A stretch of 64,000 nt of DNA from Chrysomallon squamiferum (GCA_012295275.1 CM022679.1:21452001-21516000), one strand, 5' to 3'. Numbered from the stretch's first letter, positions 27,671 through 41,794 are shown. The notes: generated by a model not told the origin, from the letters alone. Numbers and translations are program-made.

Positions 27671-27806
27671 TACATACATACATACAGATAGAACCATAAA
27701 CAAGCATACAACACACACAAATACATAATACATAATACATATCTAGACACAAATATAAATATGCATTCATACACACATAAACATGCATACAACACACACA
27801 CACACA
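27455..27806. repeat. Inverted TG-rich / CA-rich compound microsatellite
   Basis: TG arm 27455-27557 and CA arm 27558-27806, with complementary interrupting words GTTGTATGC / GCATACAAC. Confidence 0.85.
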
Positions 27807-28431
27807 AATAGGAGAAAAATAGAAAAGTAGAAACAAAAAGAAAATGAGAAAGAAAGAGAGGCAGAAATACAGAAAAAAAGAAGAAAAAAAAACAGAAAAA
27901 ATAAGAAAGAAAACAAAATGGAAGGAAAAACACAAATTTAAAGATAAAAAACAACAGAATAAAAAAACTACACTGAGAGATAGCATGGAGAAAATTAGAG
28001 AAATAAATAAAATATCAATTTTGACATGCATCAAAAAAAAATGTGATAACTGAAGAATATTATTTTTAGTATAATCACTGTTCTGCATGATTGATTACAT
28101 TTCCACATGAGTTAACATTATTATCATACTTAAAGTCTGCCCAGTTATTTACTGCTTACTGGAAAGAAACAGCCATTAATCTTGATAAGAAATCATTAAT
28201 TTCTGTGAGTCATGAAATCATCAGATACACATCAGATACATAAAAATCTAATTTGAAAAAATAAAATCTCTTTTTAATAAAGGTTTTTCTTTTGCAGTAG
28301 TTTTTTGTTGTCTTTATTATTATTATTATTATTATTATTGTTATTACTATTATTGCTGTTAGTATTATATGTATGTACATATGCATGTATTATTATATTA
28401 TTATTATTGTTATTACTATTATTATTGTTAC

Positions 28432-28467
<36 letters not shown>

Positions 28468-29196
28468 GGTTACTATTATTATCATGATTACTCTTATTAT
28501 TATGGTTACAGGTGGGTATATGTGTGTCTGTATTATGTATGTATTTTTGTGTTAGTGTGTATGTGTGTGTGTGTGTGTAATTTAGTTTGAACATTCTCTG
28601 TCATATGTACATCTGATTAGACTCTGCACACAGACAATATTTTGGAACACACAGGTACAGAAAGACAAAGTCCAATCACAACCTCACAAACCCTGTCAGA
28701 TGCCACTAACAAGATTTGAACACATGGCACCCATTTACCTGCATTCCTTCATGACATTGACAAAACCATTCAGTCATCAAGACAGCCTTTAAAAAGTTTC
28801 CTAAATAATATGGAGGCATGTGTGTGTATGCATGTATGTGTCTATGTGTTTATGTGCATGTTTATATGTATAAAGCATGTTAATTGCTCTATAGATTGCA
28901 ATACTCAATATATAAAAAAGTATTTCTTTCATTGGTTTTGGCAAGTGAAGACGTTTTTAACATGAAAAAGCCATTTTGAGTAATTATATTTTTAAATTTG
29001 TATTTCTCTGACACAACTGACAGCTTGTTATGGCTTGTTAAACTCAGTATTGACAGAGTGAAAATGGAGAGGAAATTGTTCTGTTGGTTCCTGACATTTT
29101 TTTTATAGGTTTTTTTTTTCTTTATTTTGCACTTCATGCAGTTGTTCAGCATGTCTGTTAAGGACTAAGTGTGTTTATAGTTAACTTTGTAGATAT

Positions 29197-29570
29197 TTTC
29201 TCTCTCTTTCTCTCTGTCTCTCTCTCTCTCTGTCTCTCTCTCTCTCTCTTTCTCTTTTCTTTCTCTCTCTCTCTATCTCTCTTTCTCTCTCTGTCTGTCT
29301 CTCTCTGCCTATCTCTCTTTCTCTCTGTCTGTCTCTCTCTCTGCTCTGTTTCTCTGTTTCTGCCTCTCTCTCTCTCTCTCACTATCTGTTTCTCTGTGTT
29401 TCTGTCTGTCTGTCTCTTCTCTCTCTCTCTCTCTCTCTGTTTCATCTCTCTCTGTTTCTCTCTCTTTCTCTGTTTCTCTGTTTCTCTCTTTCTCTCTGTT
29501 TCTCTCTTTCTGTTTCTCTCTCTCTCTTTTTCTCTTCTCTTTCTCTTTCTCTCTCTCTTTCTCTTTCTCT

Positions 29571-29615
<45 letters not shown>

Positions 29616-29709
29616 TCTTTTCTCTGTTTCTCTCTGTTTCTCTCTCTCTTTCTCTGTTTCTGTTTCTCTGTTTCTCTCTGTTTCTCTGTTTCTCTTTCTC
29701 TGTTTCTCT

Positions 29710-29776
<67 letters not shown>

Positions 29777-30060
29777 TTTTCAGTTAATTATCATTTTTCT
29801 CATTCACTTTCTTATTGTTTACTTTTTCTTTTCTATTGTTTCTTTTCACCTTTTTTTTTTGTCTTATATTTCTTTATCTCTTTTCTCTTTCCAACTCTTT
29901 CTCCCTTTCAGTCACTCTTTTGTTCTGTCTCTCTTCATTTTCTCAGCCTGTACTTTCTGTCTTTCATGCTTTGATTTCTTTTTTTTTTAATTTCTTTCTC
30001 TTTTTCTTTTACTAATTTTCTCTCTCTCTCTCTCACTCTCTATTTCTTTCTCCCTCTCCC
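29197..30060. repeat. ~860-bp polypyrimidine (CT/CTTT/CTGT) tract
   Basis: Almost purely C/T on the + strand up to ~29770 and T-rich thereafter. Explains the 267-aa SLSL ORF. Confidence 0.93.
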
Positions 30061-30427
30061 TTTTCTAATTTCATAAAATACTTCACTACTGTAATTTAAA
30101 ACAAAACAAAAATAAAATGAATAAATAAACAAAAAATGAAAATAAAAGAATTATTATAATTCTTAGTATAATTATAATATGAAACAGGTTTTAAAATGTT
30201 AATTCATTTTTGATACAAAATAATTTTATACAGTACATAAAATAAAAATATCCTAAACCCTCAGATAGCTGATATTTTGTATATTTTAGTTTTATTTACT
30301 TATTATATTTTATTTTATTTTATTATTTTTTAAATATTTTTTGTTTTCATTCCTCTTTTTAAAATTTTATAATTAATTTTATTAATTTAAATTTTCAATA
30401 ATGTAATTTAAATTATTTTGATTTTAA

Positions 30428-30570
30428 TAATATAAATTATTTTACTTTTGTTTTTATTAATATAAATTATTTTGTTTTTTATTAACATAAATTATTTTGT
30501 TTTTTATTAATATAAATTATTTTGTTTTTATTAATATAAATTATTTTATTTTTATTAATATAAATTACTT
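30428..30570. repeat. ~24-25-bp AT-rich tandem repeat, ~5 copies
   Basis: Unit TTTTGTTTTTATTAATATAAATTA. Confidence 0.85.
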
Positions 30571-31527
30571 CATTTGTAAAAATACATTTTTTATTTTATT
30601 ATTTTCATTTTCGGCCATTTTGTTTTCTGTAATCAACTTCCTCTTTTACCCTGGGCACGTAGTTCCATACATCAACATATTTACATTTCTAATGCATCAT
30701 GCAAAATAAACCTTTCACTTATCTCTGAATTTCCTAATAAAACACTTTACTAGACACTTTTTTAACTAGCTCCAACAAATTAAACTGAATAATTTATATG
30801 CAGATGAAAAACCCTTATCTAAGAAACCAAAATAGAAAAAAAGAAAAAAAAGTAGAAGTAAATAATTCTGGCTGGAAAAAGAAAAAGATACAAGTAAAAA
30901 AAAATACACATTTATTTACAATATTTCTCCTTTTGGCATGTTAATGTTAGTGCTTCATTCTTTTAATTTCTTTTTTATTTTGAAATTTAAAAAATGGAGT
31001 ATGTCCGATACATGAACTCTGAAACATTATGTTTTTTTTTCCTCCATAATTTGAATGTCTTTAATGGCAATAAAAATGACAGGAATGCTTATCTTCTTTA
31101 TTTTGCTGTAAAAAATATTTTTCAGAATGTCTTTCTTATTTTAATACACCTAATTTGTGTTTGTGAATATGGTGTGTATGTGTATGTGTTTTCAGTCTAC
31201 AGGCTTAAAGTACACGAATCAAGACTAATTGTATAAAAATAAAAAATAAGAAACTGGCATTATCTCCTGAAAGCTGTTTTAAAATAAACTATTACATACA
31301 CAAGATAATCAACAGTGTAAATAAAATTTACTTATTGTGTATGTGAGTGCTGAACTTTACTTTAATGATAAACTATAGATTTTCCTACAGCTTGAAATAC
31401 ATCGCTGCTTTGATTAAGAAAAGTAATAAAGAATTAAGCAAAGATTTGTTGCAATATTAACTTTTATCAGTCCCTTAAATAAATAATAAAAACAGTGGTA
31501 TTACATCATAATAATAACAATGAGAAC

Positions 31528-31576
<49 letters not shown>

Positions 31577-32336
31577 CAGAAGAAGAAGAATGAATAAATG
31601 AAATATTTCATATTAACTGTTTACTTTTTGAATCTTTCTTAATCTCCGGAATTCTATTACACTTATTGACCTCGTTTTTAATCTACACAAACAGCTGTTT
31701 TCATTCTTAAAATTCATAAAAATCTACAAACAGTAAATATCTAGACAATAAAACCATCTGTACATTTCTGTGTGGTCTTTTTCAACCACAGCAAAATATT
31801 TGTTTGTTTTTGTACCGTAAGAAAACAAACTTAGTAGATAAATTTGTAAACATCGGCCATAATCTGATATTAATTAATACTTTTTTCATACGCTGAGAGT
31901 AAACATGGCTTGGATAAGAATGTGTATATACACACAAAAAGACTGTTATTTTAGTTGTTTGGGTTTTTTCTGTTAGAAAATAGGCCTGATAATGCGAAGG
32001 TTTAAACTAAGTTAGTAGTACTGACTGCCTTTTTTCTGTTTTGTTATTAGATAAGCAACCCATAAAGAATTTAATGTTTTTGTCAAATGACACTGTGTAT
32101 GCATTTTAAATGTAATGTTTACACTTTGCTGGTGTACATTGGTTCATCTTAAACTGGAGAATGGTTCATTTAAGGGTGAATGAAATTGTTTGTGGGGTGA
32201 TTAAAACTAGAGAAAAAATTATTATAACAGAAGGAAATTTAATGACTTTGAATGAAATTCTTTTGTGTTTTTTGATAAAAACTAGTGGAAAATGATACTG
32301 AAATAGTCTAAAATGGACTGGTATTTATGTATGCAT

Positions 32337-32385
<49 letters not shown>

Positions 32386-33279
32386 CATAATAACATACAT
32401 CAATTCTCTAAATAAATTTTGCATATTCCCTATTTATGATTTTATTTCAACACAGTTGTTGTGATAAATATTATTAACAGTAACAAGAAAAAAAAACTTG
32501 CTGCAGTGTAGAAGAATATTCTTTTTTAATCAGCAGTAAAATATCTTTTATATGTACCTTCCCGCAGACAGGACAGTACACACCACTGTCTTTGATAAAG
32601 AGTAGTGTCTAGAATTGGAAATAGCTCAGAGTTTAATGCATGTGAAGGCATGTATCAGTGAATAATAATATTTAACTCAGTATTGATATTTTTATTAATT
32701 CTTACATACACTCAATACATTCTCCGCTATTAAGTGATGTTGTTTAAAAGTGCACGTACCGCAGTGGTTACCCCTGCTGACACTGCTACCACTGTTTATT
32801 TAACAGCATACAATAAACTCTGTTAATCCACACATCATGAAAGTAATACCGAAATAGCTCTGACAAAAAGCACGTAACTATTTTCATCTGTTTATTGAAA
32901 GTGGTATTTTTGTTTATCACCAGGGGGTCCCAGTTTTTTTACTTCAGAGAAGTAGCTAATCCAAGCTTTTGTTTGGTCATAATTTGTGTCAGTGTATTTA
33001 CACAATGACACAGAGAGAGGGAAAATTTAGGTCATTTATTTGATCATAGTAACATTGATTTTTGATTTTTTTTTTTTTTTTTTTTTTTTTTTGTTTTTGG
33101 TGTTGGTGTGATTGAAACTGTTGTAGAGGTGTGTAAATATAAACTGTTTGTGTTGTCAGATAAAAAGCTGTTTTAGTGAAATGAATGTATTGAAGACGTA
33201 CTGAAGTAATGAAGCTTGAAAATTGATAATAAACTGAAGAAAAATGAAAAAGTTAAAAGATCTGGACCTGTACCAGTGT

Positions 33280-33293
33280 ATATATGTGTGAGA

Positions 33294-33327
<34 letters not shown>

Positions 33328-33595
33328 CTGTATTTTTGTCTGTGTGTGTTTATATGTGTACGATGTCAAAATTTGTGTATATAGTCTGTATGAGTGTATT
33401 TATGTATATATCTGTATGTGTACAAACGTGTTTTTTGTATGTATGTATGTATATGTATGAATGTATTTGTGTATTTGTGTATTTGTGTATGTGTGTATAT
33501 ATATATACATATATATGTTCATATGTATGTATGAGTATATATGTACGAGTATGTATGTGTGTGAATGTCTTTGTGTGTTATTATATGTGTTATTG

Positions 33596-33656
<61 letters not shown>

Positions 33657-33690
33657 GTACATATGTATGTGTGTGTATGTGTGTGTCTGC
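33280..33690. repeat. TG/TA compound microsatellite
   Basis: Direct inspection. Confidence 0.9.
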
Positions 33691-34298
33691 ATGTTTCTTG
33701 GTTCATTATTAATTTACATCCTTCATTAAATTGATATATCTGTAATTACTGAGAAAAAAGGAAAAAAAAAAAAAAAAAACAAAAAAAAAAATACCTATCT
33801 ATAATTGAGAAAGAAAACCTATCTAATGATGTTAAATAAGTAATTTTTATATAACCCTGTCTGCTGATTATCTGCTTTATGTGACATAAATAGATATTGC
33901 CCGTATCTTACTAATGTAAAACCTCTGACATTTTAGTTTTCTTATTTCAGACTGTTCTGTGTGTTAATAATACAGAGTTAATAATACATGCATCTCTTTA
34001 GCTTTTCTTCTTTTTCTATTTCTTTGTATTACTCCATTTTTCTCTATATATTTTTCCTTATATCTTTCCTTTTTTCCTCTGTTTGTATCTTTCTGTTTCA
34101 TTATTTGTAGGAAAATGTATAGAAAATTGTCTCTTTATTTGTTATTCTCCCTCTCAGTCTTACTACTTTGTCATTCTTTTTATCTCAGTTTTGACTTTTT
34201 CTGTCTCTCTTTTCCTGTGATTTTTTCCCTTCTCTGCTTTTCTTTCAGCCACTTCTTTTTTTTATACACTTATTTATATCTGTCCATCTGTCTATCTA

Positions 34299-34441
34299 GT
34301 GTGTGTGTATGTGTGTGTGTGAATGTGTGTGTGTGTGTGTGTGTTTATATATGTATGTGTGTGTGTGTGTGTGTGGGTTTATATATGTATGTGTGTTTGT
34401 GTGTGTGGGTGTTTGTTGGTGTATGTGTGTCTCTGTGTGTA

Positions 34442-34474
<33 letters not shown>

Positions 34475-34718
34475 ATGTATGTTTATGTATGTATGTGTGT
34501 TTGTGGGTAAGGGTGTTTGTTGGTGTATGTGTGTATATATGTCTGTGTATGTGTATGTGTGTGAGCCTGTGTTTGTGTGTGTGTGTGTGTTTGTGTGGGT
34601 CTGTGTGTGTGTCAGTGTGTGTGTTTGTTTTTGTGTGTGTATGTGTGTGAGCCTGTGTTTGTGTGTATGTGTGTGTGTGTGTGTGTGTGTAGAGTGTGTT
34701 TGTGTGTATGTGTGTGTG

Positions 34719-34750
<32 letters not shown>

Positions 34751-34762
34751 ATTGTGTGTGTG
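34299..34762. repeat. Long degenerate (TG)n microsatellite
   Basis: Direct inspection. Includes a duplicated GTGAGCCTGTGTTTG word. Confidence 0.93.
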
Positions 34763-35207
34763 ATAGACAGATGGATATAGATAAGTATATAAAAAAAGTG
34801 GGTAAAAGAAAAGGAGTGAAAAGGAAAATCACAAGATGACAAAAAAAAAATAAAAAAATGACTGAGTTTAGAAATATATATATATATATAATATATAATA
34901 ATTTGATAGAAAATTTAAAATTGACATTATCAGTTGTTCTCAGCGACTGCCAGAGTCAGTAGTGATGAGATTGACCAGAAACAAAACTTAAACACCAACA
35001 GATTGTCTTCAGTCCTTTGTTTGTAACAATTCATATTAGCCCTTTAAAGTCCATTTCAGATGCCTTCCATGCTTATGAATATTAATAAGGTAGATGAAGC
35101 AGGAAATTGGAGCTATTTGTCTGTTGAGGAAATTGTGTAATTAATTTTTCATTATTTTTAGTCCTATACCTTAATGGAGTGGGTTTTCTTTTCTTTTCTT
35201 TTTTCTT

Positions 35208-35248
<41 letters not shown>

Positions 35249-35470
35249 CAGTGAAATGAAAGATAATTATCTACGTTGATATAAAAAGGTGTTGATGTAA
35301 AGTAGCCATTACTAAGAGGAACAAAGTCAGACAGATCGCTTACACACATCTTCCATTCTTGAAACTCTCTCTAAATCAAAGCTGTCTGCAATTCTCCTTC
35401 TCACTCGACAGAATTATTGGTTGTGTGCGGAACTATCGGATACTAAGTACTGTAGTTGAGTGATAAAGAA

Positions 35471-35507
<37 letters not shown>

Positions 35508-35597
35508 AATAAAGTCGTAATGTCAGAGAGAGAAAGAGGAAAACAACATTATTGGTTGTTGGCAAAACTATTGCATACTAAATATTTTACTTGACTG

Positions 35598-35601
<4 letters not shown>

Positions 35602-35668
<67 letters not shown>
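35602..35668. repeat. (GA)n microsatellite
   Basis: Direct inspection. Confidence 0.96.
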
Positions 35669-35672
<4 letters not shown>

Positions 35673-36074
35673 TCAATAAATGCATAGATAAATAGAGATA
35701 GATAGGTAGACAGAAAGTCAGACAGCATGATATTTAGAAAAAGGTGGAAAGAGACAGAAAGAGAAGAAGAAACAAAAAAATAGATGAATTCTGAGAGAAT
35801 CATTTTAATCAATATTATTATTTATTTTTGGTAATTACTGCACTGATTAACATGCAGGTTTTAATGGCAGACTAATACAGAACAACAACCACTGGTATTA
35901 ATCTTTCATTCACAAAAGCATGCAACATTTGACCTGAATGACATTACTTATAAATCAGAGCAGAACAGATTGGCTTTGTAAGTGGTTATGCTTCTTACCT
36001 GAATGAATCTATGTAACGAGAAAAAAAAAAGAAAAAAAAAAAGAAAAAAAAAAAAATAAAGAGTAAAAAGAAAG

Positions 36075-36124
<50 letters not shown>

Positions 36125-36139
36125 AATATTATCATTGTC

Positions 36140-36500
36140 TGAATAGAATCACTTGCACTGCGTCAACTCCATCAAATGAAAATTTACTTCATCCAGAAGG
36201 ATTTTGCTTAAACTGGCCCGTAAGTGAAATGCTAGCGTTTTATCTGCAACCCAAGACCTATATGTGTACGCGAAAGCCATTAGTACATCTGCCGACTTAT
36301 TGTCTTAGGAAACGCTACACCCGTTTCACCCCTCGGGTAATCCCGATTTAATGACCCTGCCTGATTAACAGTGTAACCCTACTCCCGGGAGTTTACCACC
36401 AGCAGGTTTGTTACGAAATGAATGCATTTCAGCCGCATGCAGCTTTCCATGCATGTGTCCTGTGAAAGATCACATGTGTGTCTGCGAGGGTAATAGGTTT
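36140..36500. other. CpG-retaining, hairpin-rich island (candidate conserved non-coding element or structured RNA)
   Basis: Locally raised GC and CpG content, with five adjacent inverted repeats at 36309-36455. Confidence 0.35.
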
Positions 36501-37532
36501 AGTGATTTGAGTTTAAGTTTACTTGTGAAAAAAACAAAAAACAAGTAGTGTTTAGATATTGGTTGTGTGTGTAAATATCAAGTGATCGTTTTGTTATCTT
36601 TGATTATTGGGTGTGAAGGAAGAAATGAAGATGTCATCTTAGAACTGTCTGGATGATGTAGGATTAGTTGGTTTGAGTGCTGCACTTTGAGTGTGTAATG
36701 TGTGTATGTGAGTGTGTGTGATGTTATGTATATACACATATGGATATAAAGAAACATAGATATATTAGACTTTTATGAGAAACATAGAGAGAAGAAAGAA
36801 TGAGAGATAGGTAGAGGGAGATACAGAGACAGAGAGATAAAGATTAAAAAAAAGAAGTAAATTAGGATGCAGATTTTGAATATGATTACTGACAAAACTA
36901 TGTTTCTTTTACCAACTGGTGTCAGTGAGATTTAAAAACATACAGAAAAATCACTTATTCATAATTAACTAAAATAAAAATATCAAAAGCCCATAACTAG
37001 CAAAATTACAAATTTTAAAAAATAAAATAAAATAAATATTTAGTTAAAATAAACCCATATAAAAAGGTGATAACTAAGCTTTTTAAAAAAAAAAAATATT
37101 GTCCCAATTCAGCTATTAAATGTTTTATTATTATTTATTTTTTTTTTTTCTATATACATTACATCACAGTCTACAAAATGGAATGTATACTATTGCTCTT
37201 CAGCAACTGAAAACCAAAAAAAAAAAAAAAAAAAAAACACATAAAAATTATGCATGAAAATAATTGCTAGTTTGGTCATATTGTTTGTATTTATGGTTAT
37301 GCATTGTTTTTCCATTTCCCATGTTGCCTGCTACAGGATTCTTGACTGTTCTAAATCAGGAGATAAGTATGTACATTATTCATGTTTTATTGGTCTAAGT
37401 GGGGTATTATATTCTGTAGATGTCTGGCAGCTGGGTGATATCTCATCATGCAGTATGAGATTGCAGAAAAGTTAAGTTCTTATTTCTTGAAACGTTTTGA
37501 AATTCTTCTTTTCTCTTGAAAACCATTATGAA

Positions 37533-37591
37533 AATAATAATAATACTAATAATAATAAATAAAAATAATACATAATAAAATAATAATAATA

Positions 37592-37625
<34 letters not shown>

Positions 37626-37824
37626 AATAATACATAATAAAATAATAATAATAATAATAATAATAGTAATAATAATAATAGAAATAATAATAATAATAAT
37701 AATAAATAATAATACATAATAACAAAATAATAATAATAATAACAAATTATTAATAATAATAAATAAAAATAATAATAAATAATAACAAATTTATAATAAT
37801 AATAACAGAAAAATAACAATGATG

Positions 37825-37856
<32 letters not shown>
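37533..37856. repeat. Degenerate (AAT)n microsatellite with repeated AATACATAATAA blocks
   Basis: Direct inspection. Confidence 0.9.
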
Positions 37857-37857
<1 letters not shown>

Positions 37858-38295
37858 TTTGTCTTAAGAACACAGGGATGGGAATCTACGGATTACAGGA
37901 TCTGTTCTATTAGGAGTGTCCGTAGTTTTTACTTCACAGTTGTTTATCAAAGATGATGTAAAGCTCCTATCACAAAAACCATACTCACAGAGATAGCTGT
38001 TGTAAAAACAGTATTAATCTTTATGAACATGTGTTCCTAGGATAGCTTGTGATTTGAGGTTTCTTCAGTTTTAGAATCCTGTCCTGGAATTATGTCATAA
38101 TGTTATTTAGTAACAGCTTGGTATCTAATCTAGTCATTATATATTTTTTTTTTTTAAAGAAGTTAATGTGTGTGTGAGATTAGGTTTTAATGAAATGTAG
38201 GGTTTATGTTTTTTAAATGTGTTTTCTTTCTCTATCTAAAATTATCACTCATTTTTTTTTTTTTTCTGTCTCTCCATTTTTCACTCTCATTTTCA

Positions 38296-38377
<82 letters not shown>

Positions 38378-38624
38378 GTAATGTACTTAAGAAGTTACCT
38401 GATTCTTGTTTTTAGTTAAGAAAAACTACAGATGAAATTAAAATAACTTTAAAAAAAAAAAAAATTAAAACATTTTTCTCTTTGATAGAGTTCAGAAAGA
38501 GGGGAAAAAGGAAACAAACTGTTGACTTTAAAACAGGAATAAAAAAATGTGTTATTTATTTTCACATAAAGATATAAGAAAGATATTTATATTCTTTTTA
38601 TAGGAATGTACTCACTATATACGT

Positions 38625-39076
38625 ACAAAGTAAATATTTCAGTCAACAAGAATCTAGACTGTTATACTTTGATTAGACATTTTATTATCTTAAAAGCTAT
38701 CTTCTGCCAGAAAACATTTAGAAAACAAAAATTCTTAAGCAAATGTTGAAAGTTACCTCACACCCAGTTCATTTTAAGTAAGAAAGCATTAATAAATTAT
38801 GAATTGTCAATAGTCTAAGTAAGTTTTATAGACAAACTCATTTTTCACAAAGTTGCCTTGTAAATATATTATTAAGCTTGTAATGAAAGTTTCTGTGTTT
38901 CTGGCTACCAAAAACAAAATAAATATATATATATATATTATAAATAACAAAGTATTAATAAATTGTAAATTGTCAACAGCTAAACTAAATCTTATAGTCA
39001 AGCCGATTTTTCAGTTACCAAGAAAATACATTTTCTTTAAACAAATGATGATAGTTTTAGTACTACAGGTACCAAG

Positions 39077-39112
<36 letters not shown>

Positions 39113-39260
39113 TCAAATATAAACAATTAAGTATTAAGTAAATTATAAACTGTCAACAGCTGAACTAAGTCTTATGGTCAGGCTGATTTTTTTCACAAAA
39201 TTACATTGAAAATTTATCCAAGCAAGTGACAAAGATTTCTATACTGCCAGAAGCACCTCT
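38625..39260. repeat. Decayed ~165-180-bp tandem repeat, ~4 copies
   Basis: GTCAA-anchored block (TAAATT...TGTCAACAGCT.AACTAA.TCTTAT.GTCA) at 38641, 38805, 38971, 39151. Confidence 0.75.
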
Positions 39261-39677
39261 GTAGACAGTATTAATTCACTTGTAACATGCCAGCAGTTAA
39301 AGGCAGCCATTGAAGTGATTACAAGCTGGATGACGTCTGTGACTTGAGGTTCTGACAGACCTCGTTTCTGTAACAATTTCACAAGTTTATTCTTAGCCAA
39401 GTTCACTTATTTTTGGACAGAATTACGTTGTTTTGTTTGTCTTCTGAATTTTTCTTGACTCTCTCTCTCTCTCTTCTCTGTTTCTCTTTTTGTAATATTC
39501 AAACAGTAACATACATATGACATTTATTTCTGTTAAATTTCTGTTATTCAGATATACAAGTACAGATAGATATGCACACATACACACATACTGATGTTAA
39601 CACACACACACATACAGACATACAGACACTAACATACACACACATACATATACACAGATACTACCTGGAATATATTT

Positions 39678-39739
<62 letters not shown>

Positions 39740-40209
39740 ATAAAGGATTTATTTAGCCAGAATGTGTGATGAGCTCAATAACAACATTAAATCTCACATT
39801 TAGGATTCACACTGATGTAATACACAGCTGGTGTTGTAGCTGTATCATATTTCTTTGATCACATCACTGATAATAAATGATGATGAGGAAGAGTTTTACG
39901 TATAACAGTGTACATTAGCATTTAAATTATGTTCAGGTTTCAAGGAGATATCTGTTTTTGCTAAATGTTTGAGAATAAATTTGGATCATTTTTTAAAAAC
40001 TCACATTTTGACGTAAATGTTTTAACTGCGTAAATATGTTGCCTAAATATGTTTAGGAGTATTTTTTCAATAAACTTTTTTTTTTTTTTTTTTTTTTAAT
40101 TAGTACTAACTTAGCTTGGATAATAACAAAGTCCTGTAGATTGTTAACTCATCAACTTTCTCATTTGTTTATTTACAAATGTTTTTCACTCAATACACTT
40201 GTTTATTTA

Positions 40210-40442
40210 TCATTCGTTCATTCATTCATTCACTCATACCCATTTATTTACTCATTCACTTATATTTATTCATTCATCCTCCCATATTTATTCATTCTTT
40301 TACTCACTCACTTATTCATTCATCCAATCACATATTTATTCATTCATTCATCCACCCACACTTGTTCATTCATTCAATCACAGCGATTCATTCATCCACT
40401 CACTCTCATTCATTCATTCATTCATTCATTCATTCATTATTT
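40210..40442. repeat. Degenerate (TTCA)n microsatellite
   Basis: Direct inspection. Confidence 0.88.
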
Positions 40443-40715
40443 CAATCATGAACACAAAAGGCCACATTTTTAATCCCCACTCTCTTCACAACATCTTGAA
40501 TCTTCTGACACCCGAAAACTTTTCTAAAGCTGTTAAAACGTGCGAAGAAGAATTCATGTGCTTATCATGTATGAAAAAGTGTTCGTGCTGCTGAAGTTGA
40601 TGTGACTGATATGAGACAGTTTTACTCAGCACTCGGATAAGATTAGATCAACTGTTACATGCTCGAAGAATCATAAAAGAAAGTAGTGTTACTCAGCATA
40701 GCCCGTAATATAACA

Positions 40716-40820
40716 ACTGTATTGTGTACGTTAAGTAACGTAAAATACTACACACTGTATTGTGTACGTTAAGTAACGTAAAATACTACACACTGTATGT
40801 TAACTAACGTAAAATATTAC
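40716..40820. repeat. 38-bp tandem duplication (~2.7 copies) containing a palindrome
   Basis: Unit ACTGTATTGTGTACGTTAAGTAACGTAAAATACTACAC, containing TACGTTA-AG-TAACGTA. Confidence 0.9.
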
Positions 40821-40937
40821 AATGGGCTTGGACTCATTGAGTTATTTTTTTCAATTTTTTTTTTGTAATGGTTTATCAGTTTTTAATATGTTAATTTAGA
40901 AGATGATAAAATTTTATTATTTATTTATTTATTATTT

Positions 40938-40972
<35 letters not shown>

Positions 40973-41106
40973 TTTGCCTTTTTTTATTTTGCTTTATCAT
41001 GTTATATTAAAATATTAAATTTATGTGTTTTATGTTATATGCATTTACATATACACACACATATATACATACATACTATAGTATATACATAAGCATATAC
41101 TCATGC

Positions 41107-41159
<53 letters not shown>

Positions 41160-41674
41160 AATGCATTGTGCAATGTATGTTTTCATTTTTATTTTATATC
41201 AACATCATACCAACATAAGCCTCAGAATATTTAAAGATCAAATCTTGAAAAAGATTTCTTAATAGGAGTTTTAGTTTGAAAAACAAGAAAAGTCATAACT
41301 TTAAAAATTACGTCATCTTCAAAACTGTTTTAGAAATCATTGACATTTATCACAGATTGAGTATTTTGCAGAAAGCAAGCAACAGGAAATGCAGTGTTTG
41401 AAGTGTTTTATGAAATCTGGGCATCCATATTGATTTGACATTAAAACACTCCTGTATGTTCACTTTTCAGAACAGTTGTAAAGAATTTTGTTTTATCTTG
41501 TTAATTTTTTTTTTGGTGTTTTTTTTTTTTTTTTTTTTTAAAAATTCAGATCTCAAATATCATGAAGATAAAATATATAGATGGTAAATTATTTCTTTAT
41601 TTATTTAAAAAAAATAATAACTATAGTTTATATTCAAACTATTGATAGAATATGACTCAAACTAAATGCTAAAT

Positions 41675-41676
<2 letters not shown>

Positions 41677-41711
<35 letters not shown>

Positions 41712-41756
41712 TGATGTTAATGATGATGATGATGGTGATGATATCACTACTACTAT

Positions 41757-41794
<38 letters not shown>

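Noticed and set aside
26516-29974. Longest ORFs in the track (299 aa at 27055-27954, 267 aa at 29171-29974)
   Set aside because: These are translations of CA/TG, TCTA and CT microsatellites.
35186-36119. Poly-T ... poly-A bracket suggesting a retrocopy or a strong splice acceptor at 35251
   Set aside because: Stops occur in all frames after the AG, there is no ORF or target-site duplication, and homopolymer runs are common throughout the window.
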